A DNA stretch of 62,649 nucleotides, counting the filler, from Basidiobolus ranarum (taxonomy: Eukaryota): assembly GCA_040143965.1 (NCBI GenBank). It is 5 parts of 5 records of this genome, joined end to end, with 100 filler letters (N's around TTAATTAATTAA, not from the genome) between each part and the next. Parts side by side here need not be neighbours in the genome. Positions count along the whole stretch, not along the records: positions 25,141 to 37,592 come from JASJQH010000543.1; positions 37,693 to 50,135 come from JASJQH010000544.1; 3 more parts are not named here. One strand, 5' to 3'. Shown here one piece after another: positions 25,141 to 38,189 of the stretch; position 1 is the stretch's first letter; the number at the start of each line of letters is the position of its first letter. The position numbers and the translations under genes were made by a program. A model generated the notes under the pieces. The model was not told the origin of the DNA, did no database searches, and saw only the letters and a program-made list of their open reading frames with translations.

Positions 25141-26116
25141 AGTGGTTTGGAGAATTAGAGGAATTGGTGGTTTTCACTTGTTGATTTATTGAGTAGAAAG
25201 TTAACATTTATAGTTTTGTCAAGATGTAAACAAACTAACGTGTAGAATATGTTAAGGAAGGTCCCAGAAACATGTGTGCAAAGTTTGGGGCTTCTAGCAC
25301 AAGTTTGAAACATCTATATATCTGAGAACTTATAAGTTGGTAAAAATATTCTAAGTAAATTCCGATTGAGAATATTTGATAATATCTTAGTGAGCTATAA
25401 GATAACTAATTACTAAGTTATATATGACTATATAGGTGTTTAGGCAATGCTAATTTCAACATTCCATACCTTCTTGGCAGTTTTAGCTCTTGAACATTTA
25501 ATTAGCAATTTGTCTTTAACATTAAGGCAAATTGTGTTAAAGGTACTTTGTTCTTTTTTAACCTGGAGTAAAACTTTGGTTTTAGATAGTTTTGCATTGT
25601 TTTCTTCTTCTACAACTGTGTCCCAAAGTCCTTTTTCTTGCTGCAGCATTTTCATTTTAATTTTCCAAACTTGATAATTGGTTCCATCCAATTTTTCAGA
25701 AGAAAGAAAAGTTCCATAAATTTGAGAAGTAGACATTACAGAGAGTGCAAGCTCGGGGCTCATAACCTGTTAAAGTATTTGGGAGCCTGTTGGAAGTGGT
25801 TTGGAGAATCAGAGAAATTGATGGTTTCACTTGTTGATTTATTGCATAGAAAGTTGATATTTAGAGTTTTGTCAAGATGTAAACAAACTAACATGTAGAA
25901 TGTGTTAAGAAAGGTCCCAGGAACATGTGTGCCAAGTTTGGGGCTTCTAGCAAAAGTTTGAAAAGTCTATATATCTGAGAACTTCTAAGTTGGTAAAAAT
26001 ATTCCAAGTAAATTCCTCATGAGAATAATGGGTGATATCTTAGTGGAATATAGGATAATTAAATACTAAGCTATACAAATGACTATATAGGTGTTTAGGC
26101 AATGCTAATTTCAACA
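25141..26116 (-). mobile_element. Ty1/copia LTR-retrotransposon remnant (LTR - PBS - truncated gag - LTR)
   Basis: Diverged direct repeats 25768..26116 (minus strand TGTTGAAA...TTTAACA) and 25141..25461 (cut by contig end). PBS GGTTATGAGCCC follows the right LTR. The 306-bp interior encodes a copia gag N-terminus (EKLDGTNYQVWKIKMKML..EKGLWDTV...KTAKKVW). Confidence 0.88.
25768..26116 (-). repeat. LTR (349 bp, TG...CA termini)
   Basis: Begins TGTTG and ends TTAACA on the minus strand; homologous copy at 25141..25461. Confidence 0.85.
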
Positions 26117-26407
26117 ATCTCAATCAAAATCATAATCTCACTCAGGTTTTCTCTCACAAGTCTGGTTATTGAGGCAACTTGAAACCACTTTTTCAAGTTT
26201 CTCTTGGACATAACATATAGAATTAGTTGACAATTATGACAGGCATCCGGTTGCAAATGGCGTTTGCTTTGTAAGACATATAACTGTTAACTGGTAATTT
26301 CGTGAATAGGTTAGGAACATCAACTTAGGAGAATTATTTACTTTGCAAGTTTCTGCACAAAGAAGAGTTGTTGCAAACTATTTGATACATAATTCAATTG
26401 GTGCGCT

Positions 26408-26606
26408 TTCACCTCGAGTATATATATCTTCTATTCGGCATCTCATAGTTCTTGACATTTCGCATACATCCTCCCATATATTAAACTTATTAAATAACTC
26501 TGTCACTAAAATAGAATCTTTAAGACAATACTTGCTACATCTCCAATAATTTTTATGTCTCTTGTTCTAAACGCTTTCCACATTAACGTTCATGACAAAT
26601 TATCCA
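26408..26606 (-). pseudogene. Fragment of family-B DNA polymerase (ExoIII region), large-DNA-virus-like
   Basis: Manual translation with one frameshift and one stop: VDNLS*TLMWKAFRTRDIKIIGDVA/KYCLKDSILVTELFNKFNIWEDVCEMSRTMRCRIEDIYTRGE. Matches the PolB YCxxD ExoIII motif followed by the EM.R......TRG[QE] segment. Confidence 0.7.
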
Positions 26607-27968
26607 CGATCGGGACCAAGCATATTTCTTAGGTTAGCCATGCAGACTGCTCAAATCACCAGTATACCAAGCTAGCTATTGATACTCATTCAGTGGAAGC
26701 AGAAGAAACTTTCCGAAATTGGAGAGTGGTTATTTCAGTTAGATTGAACTAGTAGTAAGAACTTAAATTGCGATAAATAATGGGGCAGTGATTGATAAAG
26801 TAACAACGCAAATTCGAATCATTAATCATCCACTCATTATATTATATGGAAGGCGTAACCATGCAAATATAGATAATGAAATATTTTGGTAACTTGGCTC
26901 CTGTGGGTGAATTCACCATTGATTGGTCGGAAACTTCCAATCTCAGGGTAAGATTCAGATCCCCATTCGTCATTCAAATTAGGTTTCAACAATAATGATA
27001 GTAACCCTTTGATCAGGTTTTTTCTCCCACACAATGATGCTTGGATACTCCTCCAATCGAGAGATCACGAAGTTCCTCCTCTTAGCACGCATCAAGTAGC
27101 AGCTGAGTTTTAACAGCATTCAGGTTCGAATCGCTCTGTTAGCTAGTTGAGTTTGCGAATTACGAAGTTAGTGCGGAGCTAGGCAACTAGTATGCATGTA
27201 GACCAGTATACTTTTATGGAATTCTGGGGGGGGTTTCGCAAAAGTGTGTATGTATTTCAAAGGCGTATATATGTTTGTGACATGGGAGTTTGGTGAACAA
27301 GTCACGCCAGAATTCTCAATGGAGTCTGGGTAAGTTGCACGAAGCATGGCTCAGTTTACTATGGACAGATTGTAGAGCGCATACAGAGACCAAGACACAG
27401 GCAGAATGAAGCCATGGATGGTGTTCTTGAGTTACCAAATACCCACAAAACGGTGCTCAATTTGCCTTAATCAAGAGTTGATGATATACGGCCCCTGCTA
27501 CTACGAAGTGTGTACTTGTCAATTTGAGACAACTCCCAATCTTCAATCAAATCTGAACGCACCTGCAACGCGATAAGAAGGTACCGTTGACACACATGGT
27601 GTCGCCCAATCATACGATGAGCCAGTGATATTACAAATGGGAATGTTTCAGGAGATGACGAATGATCCTTCGCTTCCATATTGGGTAACATTAGAGATCG
27701 AACGGAAGTGTAGATAAGTGTAGGTACCTGGAACAAGTGATAAATGCCCCTAATTGCTAGTTTTAATAATAAGTTACGCAGTAACAGCAGTTGAGAAAAG
27801 ACATTCATGTTTTGGGAATGACAAGTAAAGAAATCAAAATAGACTACATTAACCATGTCGTGAGAAACATAATCAAGTAAACAATAGCTGATTAAATAAT
27901 GGTTGGGATTTTGTAAAATTGATCAAATAGAAAAACTCTGATAGATTTCAAAAAAAGGTGAAGGTTCC

Positions 27969-29259
27969 TTAAGATTGTGGCTCAAAATTGATTACACGGC
28001 TGTCATTGATGGCGCCAACTACCTTGTTGTTCTTGATGAAAGCATCAAAGTTATGACAATCATTGGACACCTTGATCTTAGGAACTGGAACACATTTGCC
28101 GATAACTTCTGAGGTGATATTCAACTTCGCATACACGTTGGCATACTTGCCTTGGTTTTTGGAAGCGAAGGCCTGTTGAGCATAGTATACTTGGGTAAGA
28201 GCGAAGCGAGTAGGGTAGTTAGGATCTTCAACGAAGGGAAGGGAAGTATTGGTGGAGTCCTTGAACTCCATATGACCCCATAAATCAGGATTAGTAGGAT
28301 CATTGGAATACTGAGGAGTCCATGAGAATTGATATCTGGGGGTAACTTGGTGGCGTCTTCTGAGAGCGGCGGAGTTAGATACTGGTGGGATTCCGAAGAA
28401 GAGTGAGGCAGTACTGGTGGTGTTTGCCTGGTTGGGTAAGGGATAGACAGATGTGGGGTTATAACCAGTACGCAAAAAGTTCATGTTTTGGTAGGCTGGA
28501 ACACCCTGAACATCACGCTTACTGGTGGCCTTGTTGGATAGAAGACTCTTGTGGAGTTTCCACTCAACTGACCAAAATCCTCCTTTAACCTTGGTCCAGT
28601 TAGGATCGTTGACCTTGCCATTGGTGTATACCTTGAATTCAAATTTGGATTTGATATCCCAAGTCTTACCGACTCCTTTGTTGGAGGGTGGTTTATCATA
28701 AATTAGAGCCTCGTAAAGTCCCAAAGCATTCATTTTAATAACTTTAAGATTGGTGTTGGTACGATCGGCATCGAGGTAGAATTGAAAATCGTTATCATCC
28801 CACACTGTGTAAAATTGATTAGTCTATGATACTAGAAGGAGTAGTGTTGTATATGAAGCATACCTTTGCCGGCACAGTAAGACTTCTTGGCACGGATGAC
28901 TTCCTCGTCGATTTGGGCTCCAACATAAATGTACTCTTCATCAAACATGATCTACATCCGAAAGAGTTTAGCTATAAATAAATGATGTTGATACGAATTA
29001 AAGATAGTATTACCTTGACACGAGTGTTCATCATTGAGGGAGGGGTTATACCAGAAGGGCCTTGAATATTGCCGAAGTTCTGGGTCCATGGGACCTTTTG
29101 CCATGCTTCATCATCAAGCTTACCATCAAGGACAATGGAGCCAGAAGAGCGATAAGATACATGGGTTTTGGGAGAAGGAACGTTGCATGTACTATGAACG
29201 AACGAAGGAGCAGATAAACCCAAGACTACGAAAGACTGGACAATTTGAGATAACTTCAT
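27969..29259 (-). CDS. Secreted CBM9-like (DOMON-type sugar-binding) protein, 3 exons
   Basis: Signal peptide; IVLDGKLDDEAWQKVPWTQNFGNIQG..TRVK|IMFDEEYIYVGA; VWDDNDFQFYLDAD; WSVEW; MNFLR; WTPQ....PDLWGHMEF. Introns about 28952-29012 and 28807-28863. Confidence 0.8.
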
Positions 29260-32200
29260 GATATACTAACAAAATGAATGATGCAGTAAGATCAAAACTA
29301 TTGACTGATGCTTTGTTTTCGAGAAGCTGTAAAGAGAACAAACACCTATGTTGAAGATATGTGATTATTCAGAAGTGCAGCAAATTTAGAATGAGTATGG
29401 ACGGCCAAGCGTCTAATGAAGAAAAGATGAATAGGGGGAAGATGAATGGTGAGGAATGACGGGTTGCTGATACATATTTATGTTCAAAATCAGTAGCACT
29501 GAAATCCTCATTTTTCTAGAATTGAGCCCCCGCTTTTGTCCCCAAACCAGTTCAATTTACGCTGTGGAACCTGAGGAGGTACATGGGCCATTGTTGGCTG
29601 AGAAAGCCATCATAATCTCACACTGTGCTATTAATAGTTCTCAAGCTTTGCTGATCCCCTAACTAGGGAAGATATTGTATTCATTTGTGGTCTGTGAATA
29701 AATTGGGTCTCGAGTATCAAATTAGAACGATTTACTCACCTGCAAGTGATTGAATATTCTAATAAAGTCTGCTGAAGATCTAACAACTGATATCACTCGA
29801 GACATGACCTCATACTGCTTCGGCGCATAACACACTGGGTATATTTGTAGGACAATACTCCGTTAGATATGAGATCAGTCAACTTGAACCTCATCTCATT
29901 TCGCTACAGTCACGAACCATTAGATACAGATTTCACGATGCTGTACATGCACGATTCATTCAGCCTTACAATGAAATGCTTTGTGTCCAATCAATCACAG
30001 GGTCACTGGAGAGCGCATGAACTACGTTCCCAGATACGCTTTCTTTGTATGGCAATATGGGCCTATTCTAAAGATAGATCATAGAGATTATAGCCCGTGT
30101 ACCAGTTCATCTATGCCCAAGATTGTGTTGATCATCATCCGTTTTGAGCAGCGAGATCGCTAAAACAACGCACTAAAGAAGCAATGGGTAGTGACCCTTT
30201 GGTCAAGCGTGAAGGAAGTCTATTTGGGTAATGTATGAACAGTCATAAGTTACGAAGCACCCCTATAATGTGGCCACTCGAATTCTATTTTGCCGTTGGG
30301 CAGTGTATTCGACTTCTGAATGAAGCAACATATGCATGGAGGCCGGACTAAACAATTACCTTATTGAATGCTTAGTTAACATCTGGGACAGAGATACGTC
30401 TCATTATTCGTTTAATATGTAGAATTTCATCAATGCTGAATCCAATTGCAAGTTTCATCGAGCGCATTAATGAAAAATCAACACCCGTCTTACTAACTAG
30501 CAAAGTTTTATTGCAATGCCAAGCAGTATTTCCGACAATGTTCTGCGTGTCGACCGGCACTTCCTATATAGATACTACACTAGATACGGTAATTACATTA
30601 AGAACAGAGTAGTTTTAGCCGCATGCTTCTATATATTCTACAATATATACCTAGAAGCTCCCAACTGGAGTAGCCATACGCAGAAAAGCTATATTTCCCT
30701 AGCTTTGCGAGAATTGTTCTATCATGGCCTGTATAGCTGCAACATGGGCCTACAAAGTGGCGATAAACTCATTGGTTGTGTGTGAATTCATACCGCAATT
30801 ACGGCTGGCTCTTTAGTTGCCGAATTTATTTCAGATCACGAAGAGTATTAGGGAATAGCCAAGGCCAAGCGTATTCTATAACGAGCAAGCATGCACTTTC
30901 TGATGTAAATCGCTCAATTCTTGATTACTGAGTCACCAATAATGCACTTGCTTTCTGATTTAGAAATCGTTGTGTTCACTATTGCAGGGATTGTTCCGCT
31001 CCAGTGGCAATTGAACTGTGCCTTATTAATCCTAACAACAACGTATGTCCACTGCTCTTCATTGGCTCATTAACCTTTCCTCATCTTTCAGGGTATATTT
31101 GACCAAAGCACCGTTTGCTAGCTCCACTGAAGCTGAAGAAGTCTAACAAATTGATTCGTAGTGGTTTCATTTTGAGTGTTGGATACCACCAATGAGGCGA
31201 CCAATTCGCTCTTTTGGAGTATGGTGTGATAAGAAGAACCGTTGTGTTGAGAAATGAGATCAACATGCAAAAATTAGATACATCAACGTCAGTCTCATTG
31301 GCGAGCGATAAATGCTCCATAAGATATGCATTTCTCTTTGTAAACACTTTTGTCCCAATTGGTAAATTATGAATGTATTAAACGCCTCTGAAATATCCAA
31401 ATAAGCTCCCTACATGTAGGATCATATTTGGCACGGGGTTGCCTACATCGAGATATCAATATACAACTACCGAATCAATAGCACGTAAAGAATCATTACT
31501 GAAGGGCGCAAATTAATTTAAAAAATATAGATTGCTTCCGATCAGCTCTATTAAGAAAAATCCGGTAAAATATACTAACCAAAACCAAGGAAAATGATGT
31601 GGTAACCTCTTCCTTAATTTTCGATATCTGCGCTACCGTTTTTGTTATTGATATCAAATGCAAGCACCCAATCGATCACCCCAATTGATAGTACAAATTT
31701 GCTTATTAGGCTTGCAAGCTTTCACCTCAAATGCTACACTTTGGCCGCCATCTATAGTTTCTATGACCCTGCATTGAGCCGTACCAGGACCATTGAAGGT
31801 CCCATTATCACCACCGCTCCTTTGATGATGGTGTTACAATCATTCGTATTTCTGCTTAATGTGTTGTTAATGCTTTCATTGCCAAGACTACAGCGCCCAG
31901 TTTATGGATGCTATTATCATACTCTGGAACTGCTATACTTGGAGCTTTTTACGATCACAGGACAAGCTAAACCAGAGTAATTTGTTGACTTCTTTGTTCT
32001 ACCAGATTTCCTGACAGGAATCAAGCACTTCCTGAGGCACATATCATTTTGATGAATTGGATTCAGCAATAGCCCTACACCTATAGACGTATAGTGGCCC
32101 TACACCGTCAACATGAGTTGCTATCAGAGTTATCAAGTAGCTTCACAAACCTAAATGGATATTAGATAGAGGTCATCACAACGGCAAAATTTTCCACTGC

Positions 32201-33471
32201 GTGATTGCAAAGAATTCGTGGACTCGCCTCTTATAGATAGTTCAGTTTGACTAACCAATTACGTGTGTATCACCCGCTGCAAGTTAAGCCAGCCGGGTAA
32301 CTGTTTCGACTGTATTGGGCTCAAGCATTTTTTCTCTGACAACCAATAAAACATAATTAGATTCAGGATAGGCTAACCTCATTTATTCACCACCTACACA
32401 CAGCCAATGGAACCAATACTATACCTGGTTTAATAGTAACGAAGTAATGTGACTAAATTCAACGTATAGTAGCCATATGATGACAACAGAATCTTAACCA
32501 CAAGTATCACTTGAGCTCCAGATCTTTCCTGCTCTAGAAGTTGAGTTACTTAGAAGCATTAGTCATGCGCGCAGATTCCTAACCATATGTGTAGGGGTTA
32601 GTACTATATGTAACTACTTTCCGCTTCATTTGGGAAGAGCTATAATTGGAATTCTCACAGCAGTAATAGCGCCCAGCAACTAGTGGAAAACAAATGAGAT
32701 TTGTACTTCAGCGTCCATAGAACCAGTTCATTACAGAAACTGTAAAAACTGGGTTTAAGTGAAGGATAAATTGTGAAAGACCAGAAAGGTGAAAACTATT
32801 GAACCACAATATCTGGAATAGCTATATATTGCCAGTATTTAGAAGAGATAGAAAGTAAGTAAAAACTTATACTGCAGTTCTAGACACAAAGAAATGTGTC
32901 AGTTTATCTTGTACAATTCAAAGGCATCAATAACAGAGATGCATTTCACTTCTCCCATTCTATGCAAATACTCTTCCACTACATCTGCTAGAAAAGATAT
33001 TCAAAATGCATAACTCTTGGAGTAAATGAGGTTCAACCAAGAATATTTTTTTTCAAAGCCTTTTTATGACTGCAAGCGATTTTTGCTAATGAATATTAGT
33101 AATATTTTGCAAAACCTTATGTGTCGCTGAAGGCATTGACTATAGTTGATGTTTTTAGAAGACTCAAGCATACACTAAATACAAGCCAAACATTAGCATT
33201 TCATTCAATACTCAGTAGTCAGAGATGTTCGTGTATTTCATTTAATCATGTTCAAGATTTGAAGAACTGTGATTTTTAATGGAAAGTTTTAGAATTCTCT
33301 GTTAAAGAACAGAAGTTACACCTCTTGAGCTAGTGGAATACATCAACAAAAGACTAGGGTAGACAAGAGAAATATTTATATTAAGAACTAGACTATTCAC
33401 ATGCCAATTCCAACGTGGTATGCACGAGGGAAATTGCTATTTTGAAAAACGAAAAACATCCTTATGGATGT

Positions 33472-34625
<1,154 letters not shown>

Positions 34626-34837
34626 TATAGGAAGGTAAAAATGAAAAGAGCTCTATAGAGTAGTATCGAGTGCTTTTGTGATGTTTAAATTTCACTATCG
34701 ATCTGGGGAAATCAGCAGGCTTATTATATATTAGCAAGGTGGGATAGCGTGGTCTTCAGCCATCTGGAACGATAGTCGATGATGAAGAAAAAAAGGCTAC
34801 AACAGATAAATCACGCTTCACTGAGGAAGATATAGAA

Positions 34838-34853
34838 TTAGTCATAGAGTCAT
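34838..34853 (-). promoter_or_regulatory. Tandem Gcn4/CpcA-like sites upstream of DAHP synthase
   Basis: Minus strand ATGACTCTATGACTAA about 215-230 bp upstream of the ATG; ARO3/ARO4 are known general-control targets in yeast. Confidence 0.4.
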
Positions 34854-36718
34854 GGCCAATGGCCATCTGCTTTAAGATGGATTAGGAAAATGATACAGTG
34901 GAGGTGATTAGATCTTCTGAATAACCGGGCAAATATGTTACACCAAAAAGAAGCCCCTGAATTGCCTAAATCTGTAAAATCTTGTCCAATACTACAAATA
35001 GTGTTTCGAGGAGAATCGAAGTGTAACAAACCACTGAAATTATGCTTCAATAATGCTAATTACGACAATTTCCGCCAACCGTGTGGGCTTCGATGACATG
35101 ATTCGCTGCAGTTGGGTTGAGAGGGAACGGAAATGCAATGATTGGTATCAAAGAGGTCAAATTGATTTACTAAAAGCAGTCATTTGAGCCTTGACGGGTC
35201 TGTGTTAGTAATCGTTTATATCAATCGTGGGGTACTTCGCTTAATCTTAGGTTAAATAATGACTAGCAAGCCTTGGTATAACCAGGTTTGCACCTGGCTA
35301 TTGGATGAAGCAAAGATACCAAGCCGATATTCTGTACATTGCTCAATATGTCAATGTATTCCTGCTTCCCTCACGGATAATTCACAGACACAAGCCCTTT
35401 CTGTCTCAGGTATCTTACTGCGGCTCTTGCTAACGAACTTTTTGTTGATTGAAGACTGGGCATCCGCCCGGACAATAACTATGCCATCATTCAATACATC
35501 TAAGCCACTCGCTCTGTCTTCAATGTGTTGAGGTTGAATGAAACGTCATGGCACTTCTAATGGACACTACAAGGCGAGGTTGGTATGATTTCTCAACTGG
35601 TTTGAAACACGCAGTACCCAGACATCCAGCGTGCTAGCATATGAAAATCCCACCGTGGTACGTGCCTTGTAAGCCATCCTCCTATAATTAAATCAAAGCA
35701 GGTAATACAAGGAAAAGGAATTAGGCAGCACAAGCTTTCGGTGTAATGGTTGATTATCAAGACTCCGACCACTGATCGTACTTCATGGGTAATCGTGCAC
35801 ACTGATTGGATTTATTTGGTGGCTGTACTTTCTCTCCTTTTTAAGTCAATGACTGAAGAGTGAACCGCATATGGAACATTGATTCAGTAGAAATGGATTA
35901 CGTCGATATATTTTCATGTAAGATTCTCTAGATACGCTTCTTTCTGTATGAACAACTGTTTTGTTACGAGAAAAACTGGCTTTTCAAATTCACTTTTATA
36001 AAAGAACCGGGAAACAAAGAGCCAAAAGCAGAGTGCGAGGTATCTTATAAAAATAAAATATAACCAACTACCTTCATAATAGTAAAGTGCATATAAGGTC
36101 TTGGTAAAGGCGATAGTTTATCATTAGTTCTAGCACTGGAATATAATCTGATTGAGAATGTTCTTACCCTAATTCATTTTAAAAGTTCATTGGGATAGAT
36201 TTTTTCAATGCTTAAGAAAACATCACTTTGAAAAAGGCAAGGTCAGATTAAAGGCAACGACTTTACTTAGCCGGGATGGCGATAAGCTGGAATAAAAGTG
36301 GCATTTTGAGCACCTTCAGCTACAATAGTATCTTCAAAAATTGCTATTACTCCTGCCTTATGGACTTAGTTTCCACTAAAAATCATAACTCCTGCTCTAG
36401 TAAAAGGTGTTGTAACGAGAGGTGAAGCTGATAGACACGAATGAAGGACTCTTGGACAGTTCAGCGTTTTTCTTCAGCTTGAGAAACTAAACAAATACTG
36501 CTCCATTCTCGAAATAATTAAATCTAATATACATATCGTCAGTAGCTGAATGATTCTCATAGGTAAAGTTGAATATATCTAGCTTGAAAAGACGCTTCTG
36601 TATTATTAAGCTGAATCAGTAATTTATTTGTTACAAAAAAAAGAACGAAAAATCTATATATAATAATTGACAAGAAAGTCGAAATAGTACAAAATTCGAA
36701 TTCAACAAAGTGAAGTCG

Positions 36719-37592
36719 TCATGACTCCATCGCAGTTATCATACTCTTGATTTTGTCTGCTTCCTGAATAAATTGAGCTATCTTCGCTTCACTCTCCACC
36801 TGCAATTTCTTTACTTGCTTATCAATCAGAGAACGCACGAATTTTTCTACCGTCATACTTTTTTCCTCTTCGTTAAGTACTCCGTTTACTGGAGTTTCTT
36901 CATCTCTGACATCTTGCGTCTCATCATTAGCCAAAACTGGATTCTGGGTTGAATCATTTGGTGTTGGGATTTGATCTTCGTCTTCTTGAGCCTGAACAGC
37001 CGAAGACCATACCTCAGCAGTGCTAACCTCAGGCTCCCCTGAGGATACAGCATCTGTTTCAGGCTCCTCTGGAACCTCTGATTCATTCAACTTGTCACTA
37101 CCTTGTACTTCAACTTCAGAGTTATTGTGTTCCATCAAATTTTTTGCGATGAATTCAAAATGTTGAGCAACAGAGCCAAAGAATTCAGTAGATTTTTCTT
37201 GGATAGGATCATTAGGTTCGGTATCTAAAGCATCATCTTGCTTGGAATTTTCAATATTACTGTTTTCCATTCCCTTAGATTTTTTATAAATGGGGGTATG
37301 CTCTTCCTCGAACTGATTCTCATCAGAATGCAATGCTTGTACCTCCATCGGGTCCATCTCATTATGAGCGGTTGCATCAGTAGCGAATTCTTGCTCTTCT
37401 GTATCCACATCCTTCTTTCTCTTTCGCCCATCACGTACATTCTGAACGGGTGAAATGGGTGAGAATTCCTCACGTGACTCCGAAGCAACATCTATCACTT
37501 CTTTCTCTTCCAGTTGCTCAAGTTCCTTCTGTCTTTTAGTACCCTTTCGCTTTTTGAGCTCTGGTTGAGTTTGGGAAGCCTCGATACCAGCA
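36719..37592 (-). CDS. C-terminal part of an acidic, low-complexity protein with a terminal coiled coil; 5' end lost at contig edge
   Basis: Long minus-strand ORF (36719..37498 in the track) apparently continuing toward the contig end; basic NLS-like patches (KKRKG, RKRKK), Glu/Asp-rich region, ending MTVEKFVRSLIDKQVKKLQ...MES*. Confidence 0.75.
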
Positions 37593-37692
37593 NNNNNNNN
37601 NNNNNNNNNNNNNNNNNNNNNNNNNNNNNNNNNNNNTTAATTAATTAANNNNNNNNNNNNNNNNNNNNNNNNNNNNNNNNNNNNNNNNNNNN
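37593..37692. other. Artificial contig spacer
   Basis: Same linker. Confidence 0.98.
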
Positions 37693-37766
37693 CGAAGTTC
37701 CATGACGACACGGCCAAGGGGTTGAGAGTCAGCAGAAAGATCGAAGTAGACACGGGGGTTGGACAT
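37693..37766 (-). CDS. CPR1: Cyclophilin A (peptidyl-prolyl isomerase), N-terminal fragment
   Basis: MSNPRVYFDLSADSQPLGRVVMELR from ATG at 37766; strongly biased codons; TATAAAAA about 60 bp upstream. Confidence 0.88.
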
Positions 37767-38189
37767 GTTGAAAGAAGCCTGAAGTAAAGACTGATTGAGT
37801 CACCCAATAGGGATCTGCATTATTTTTATATTGCATTCAATCGTTCGAGAAGAAAAAAAAACAATGCACCCTCGAATTTCCAGGAAAAAAGTGGGAATTT
37901 TTGAATAACTCTCTTGCTATCTAGCACGTCATTGGTTCAATGGCAATGACGCGTCATTCAATTCATTGATGTAAATATTAAGATATACTTCTTGTGTAAG
38001 CTAAAAAGAATCATGAAGAATGTTGTCGAATATTCATGTCCCCTGATCATTTCTCAAATCCATGGATTTCTTGCCAATTTATTCACTCATACTTAACTAC
38101 CCTTTTCATTGGATTGTTTGTTTATTTGTGAGATAAACAAATATCATGATTTAGAACAGCCAACTATTCTACTATAGTGACTTCTGAAA

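Noticed and set aside
27075-27150. GGTTCGAATC resembling a tRNA T-loop/B-box
   Set aside because: No T-stem pairing, acceptor stem or D-arm could be built; at most a degenerate relic.
27467-27856. 129-aa minus-strand ORF downstream of the CBM9-like gene
   Set aside because: No motif or compositional support; probably 3' UTR or intergenic.
35259-35802. ORFs 35259..35531 and 35593..35802
   Set aside because: No recognisable motifs in the frames I translated and no splice pattern linking them.
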